Shown: positions 61,362 to 64,000 of the stretch, piece by piece
Layout: every line of letters starts with the position of its first letter
How positions within the stretch are numbered: the stretch's first letter is position 1
Assembly (NCBI GenBank): GCA_964464605.1
Contig: CAYXJN010000001.1
Coordinates: forward strand, 193,068 to 257,067
Reading direction: 5' to 3'
DNA length: 64,000 bases
Source: an uncultured Ignavibacteriales bacterium
GTDB taxonomy: Bacteria; Zixibacteria; MSB-5A5; GN15; FEB-12
The notes under the pieces: model-generated
Database searches by the model: none
What the model saw: the letters and a program-made list of their open reading frames with translations, nothing else
Told to the model about the DNA's origin: nothing
Position numbers and translations under genes: made by a program

Positions 61362-62444
61362 ATGACTGCAAAAAACCCCACGACATCGCCTGCCCCGCGT
61401 CGATTTTCATGGCTGGTAATCTGTTTGGGCACGCTGCTTCCCTTGATTATATTGCTGGCAGGAGCGGAAATCACACTTCGTGTTATCAATCCGGATCTCA
61501 GTTACAAAGACCAGTCTTTCCCTCTTAACAGGGATATCGACTTTACCGAATATTACAAATTCGATTCGCAGTTGTTCTGGCGGTTTCGAGCGAATCAAAC
61601 GATCGACTCCCGCACCTTCAGCGCCATTAATTACCGGATTAACTCGCACGGAATGCGCGGTCCGGAATTTACCGAGCAACCGACTGGCTACCGCATACTG
61701 ACAGTCGGAAACTCCTGCACCTTTGGATGGGGGGTGGAAGAAAACAGTATCTGGGCAAGACAATTGGAAACGATTCTTCGCAAACAATTTCCGGAAAAAG
61801 GAATCAAAGTCATCAACGCCGGAGTACCGGGATACAGCTCTCTTCAGGGAAAGCGGTATTTCGAGAATGAACTGCTCGCGTTAAAACCGAATATGGTGGT
61901 TATCATGCTCGGATGGAACGATCAATGGACTGCCGGACGCGGCATTCAGGATAAAGAGCAGCCGGAACCACTGGCAGTTTTAGTAGCACTCCAAAATTCA
62001 CTGAACCGCTTCAAACTCTATGCATTTCTACGAAAGCTGATTTTATCCAATACCGAAGCGATGGTTGCGGTTCGACTCGATGATCTGAGTGAGCCGCGCC
62101 GGGTATCGTTATCCGATTTCGCCTTTAATCTTAAAGCAATTGTTCGCACCGCCCGGCAAAACAATATCCAACCGATTTTGCTTGTCCCGCCGGTTGCTTC
62201 TTTGGAAGGCTATTTTACCGGGACGATATCCGATTTTCATTCCCGACACGAACTCTACCAACGGCAAATTATCGATCTGGCCGGAACCGAACAGGTACCG
62301 GTTATTAATCTACAGATTCCGTTTGATCAGCATATCGACCTGTTTGACTACGGCCAGGAAGACCCGATTCACTTCAACGCCGCAGGACATAAACTAACAG
62401 CAGAAATCCTGGCCGATTCGCTGATTCCGCTCCTTTCCCGCTAA
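61362..62444 (+). CDS. Membrane-anchored SGNH/GDSL hydrolase
   Basis: GNSCTFG, NAGVPGYSS, GWND, DPIH. Confidence 0.85.
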   Translation: MTAKNPTTSPAPRRFSWLVICLGTLLPLIILLAGAEITLRVINPDLSYKDQSFPLNRDIDFTEYYKFDSQLFWRFRANQTIDSRTFSAINYRINSHGMRGPEFTEQPTGYRILTVGNSCTFGWGVEENSIWARQLETILRKQFPEKGIKVINAGVPGYSSLQGKRYFENELLALKPNMVVIMLGWNDQWTAGRGIQDKEQPEPLAVLVALQNSLNRFKLYAFLRKLILSNTEAMVAVRLDDLSEPRRVSLSDFAFNLKAIVRTARQNNIQPILLVPPVASLEGYFTGTISDFHSRHELYQRQIIDLAGTEQVPVINLQIPFDQHIDLFDYGQEDPIHFNAAGHKLTAEILADSLIPLLSR

Positions 62445-62500
62445 TTACACGCTATTCGATTACCCCTCATGTGTTTTGGAGAAATGCCGACAATCTGACT

Positions 62501-63178
62501 ATGTATTTCTATAGAGGGTTAAAATCCTGCATTATTCTGGCTTTGTTATTGGGGTTAGTTGTTCCAGTATGGGCTGGTGAAAATGGTTTGTTCGGAACAG
62601 TCCTTCGCCCACCGGCAGAAAGCGCTCCGGCGCCGAAAGCTGACCGCTACCGCAGCCGTTCTATCAGCGATCCGACGAAACCGAAAAGCAATTGCAACTG
62701 CACCCCGGGGCTGTATTCGGTAGTGTATCTGACTGGAGATAATCTCCCACCACTGACTATCCCAAAAGAAAAACCGAAAATCGCCCAGAAAAACACGATG
62801 TTTGAACCTTCCGTGTTAGCCGTACCGGTCGGTTCGACGGTTGAGTTTCCGAACCTCGATCCGTTTTTCCATAACGTATTCTCCTACTCAAAAACCAAAA
62901 AGTTCGATCTCGGACGGTACCCCAAAGGAGAATCGGAAACGGTTACGTTCGACAAACCGGGAATCGTGCAGGTCTTCTGCGAAATTCATTATTCGATGCG
63001 CGCATATGTGCATGTGTTGACTACTCCCTTGTTCACCGTCTCCGATGAACGGGGGAACTTTAAAATTCCGAACGTTCCGCAGGGAACCTACACCCTGCAT
63101 GTCTGGCAGGAGAATTTGCCGGAACTGACTCAGCCTTTAAACATTACCGCTGATTCAACCTTTATCGAGATTCAGTAA
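62501..63178 (+). CDS. Secreted cupredoxin-like protein with carboxypeptidase-regulatory-like domain
   Basis: FPNLDPFFHNVFS...VFCEIHYSM (His/Cys/His/Met). Confidence 0.8.
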   Translation: MYFYRGLKSCIILALLLGLVVPVWAGENGLFGTVLRPPAESAPAPKADRYRSRSISDPTKPKSNCNCTPGLYSVVYLTGDNLPPLTIPKEKPKIAQKNTMFEPSVLAVPVGSTVEFPNLDPFFHNVFSYSKTKKFDLGRYPKGESETVTFDKPGIVQVFCEIHYSMRAYVHVLTTPLFTVSDERGNFKIPNVPQGTYTLHVWQENLPELTQPLNITADSTFIEIQ

Positions 63179-64000
63179 TGCAGCGCACGATGACCCTGAC
63201 AAAGCGGTATCTGTTGTTTGTCGCGGTAATCATTACGGCGTTTGTGGTCGGATCACTGCTTATTACGTCATCCGTTGTTCGCTCCCAATTATCAGCACAG
63301 CTTAAAAGCCGGTTAGACCGCAGCCAGGTTGTTTTAGAACAATACGCCAATGTGCACTACCTGAGCCAGGTACGGGAAATAGAAGCAGTCGCTACCTCCC
63401 CTCGTTTTATCGCGGCGGCATCAACACAGGATTCCGCCACCCTTGCAGAAGAAGCTCCAACCTATCTCGATATTCTCGATGCAGAAATCCTGATAGTTTT
63501 CGACAGGGATGGTAACGCTGTGTTTGCCTCTGATTCGATCGCGCATCGACTGGCGCGGCAAACCTCTACGATGTTCGCGCATCATCAGGAACCGGTCAGT
63601 GTAGCCTATCCGCAAATCGATTCTGAAATGTACGAGGTGTTTTGTCCGGATATTGTCACTGCGGATGGCGTTCCGATCGGGCAGGTTGCTGCGGGCACCC
63701 GGGTTTCCTCATTCCTCGCTGCTGAGCTGCAACGCTTAACTGATTTTGATGTGATTGTCACGCAAGAGAACCAGAGTATCAGCCATACCGCCTCTCCGCT
63801 TGTCACAGCATTACTGAATGAAAAAGAATTCAAACCGGGAACGATGCCGCTTAATACGACAATGTCGATAACGGCACAGAATAACAATCTCTTGCTGCTA
63901 TCACTCCCCGGGCCATACTCCAGTACGATTATTACTTTTGCCGTTTCACTGGATGAACGTATAACGCCGATTATGAAAGAGGTCACGCTCTTTTTGATAT
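63178..64000 (+). CDS. 3'-truncated membrane sensor protein (Cache-like periplasmic domain)
   Basis: ATG overlaps the previous TAA; MQRTMTLTKRYLLFVAVIITAFVVGSLL TM helix, then 'ATSPRFIAA..D.ATL', 'IVFDRDG'; open to the window end. Confidence 0.7.
   Translation, partial: MQRTMTLTKRYLLFVAVIITAFVVGSLLITSSVVRSQLSAQLKSRLDRSQVVLEQYANVHYLSQVREIEAVATSPRFIAAASTQDSATLAEEAPTYLDILDAEILIVFDRDGNAVFASDSIAHRLARQTSTMFAHHQEPVSVAYPQIDSEMYEVFCPDIVTADGVPIGQVAAGTRVSSFLAAELQRLTDFDVIVTQENQSISHTASPLVTALLNEKEFKPGTMPLNTTMSITAQNNNLLLLSLPGPYSSTIITFAVSLDERITPIMKEVTLFLI

Noticed and set aside
1..64000. CRISPR array, IS element, prophage, tRNA or rRNA
   Set aside because: No repeat-spacer periodicity, transposase, integrase or phage genes were seen. 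The only tRNA-like sequence belongs to the tmRNA.

Overview
A 64-kb chromosomal window from a diderm bacterium. The type I dockerin-like domain, the kinase-TolB-TPR architecture and the GESYALAA tmRNA tag are suggestive of Zixibacteria or another FCB-adjacent lineage (inference only). It holds about 60 mostly accessory genes (hydrolases, transporters, two Ser/Thr kinases, a PilV/W/X minor-pilin trio, a sulfur-detoxification trio) plus typA, rfaD and ssrA. The main signals are: (1) a ~2.8-kb integrase-less islet at the tmRNA 3' end, bounded by a 12-bp duplication of that end and carrying one AT-rich alpha/beta-hydrolase-TPR gene (candidate defence protein); (2) a tmRNA leader with a sigma70 promoter, a long hairpin and an rRNA-type boxA; (3) a DUF2946-like His/CxxC/RAPP arrest-peptide ORF upstream of a TonB-dependent receptor; (4) a c-di-AMP riboswitch with a readable SD-sequestering platform upstream of a KimA-like K+ transporter; (5) a GpgS-like/HAD phosphatase fusion. 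No CRISPR array, rRNA, tRNA, integrase or transposase was seen. All family calls come from motif recognition, not database searches.
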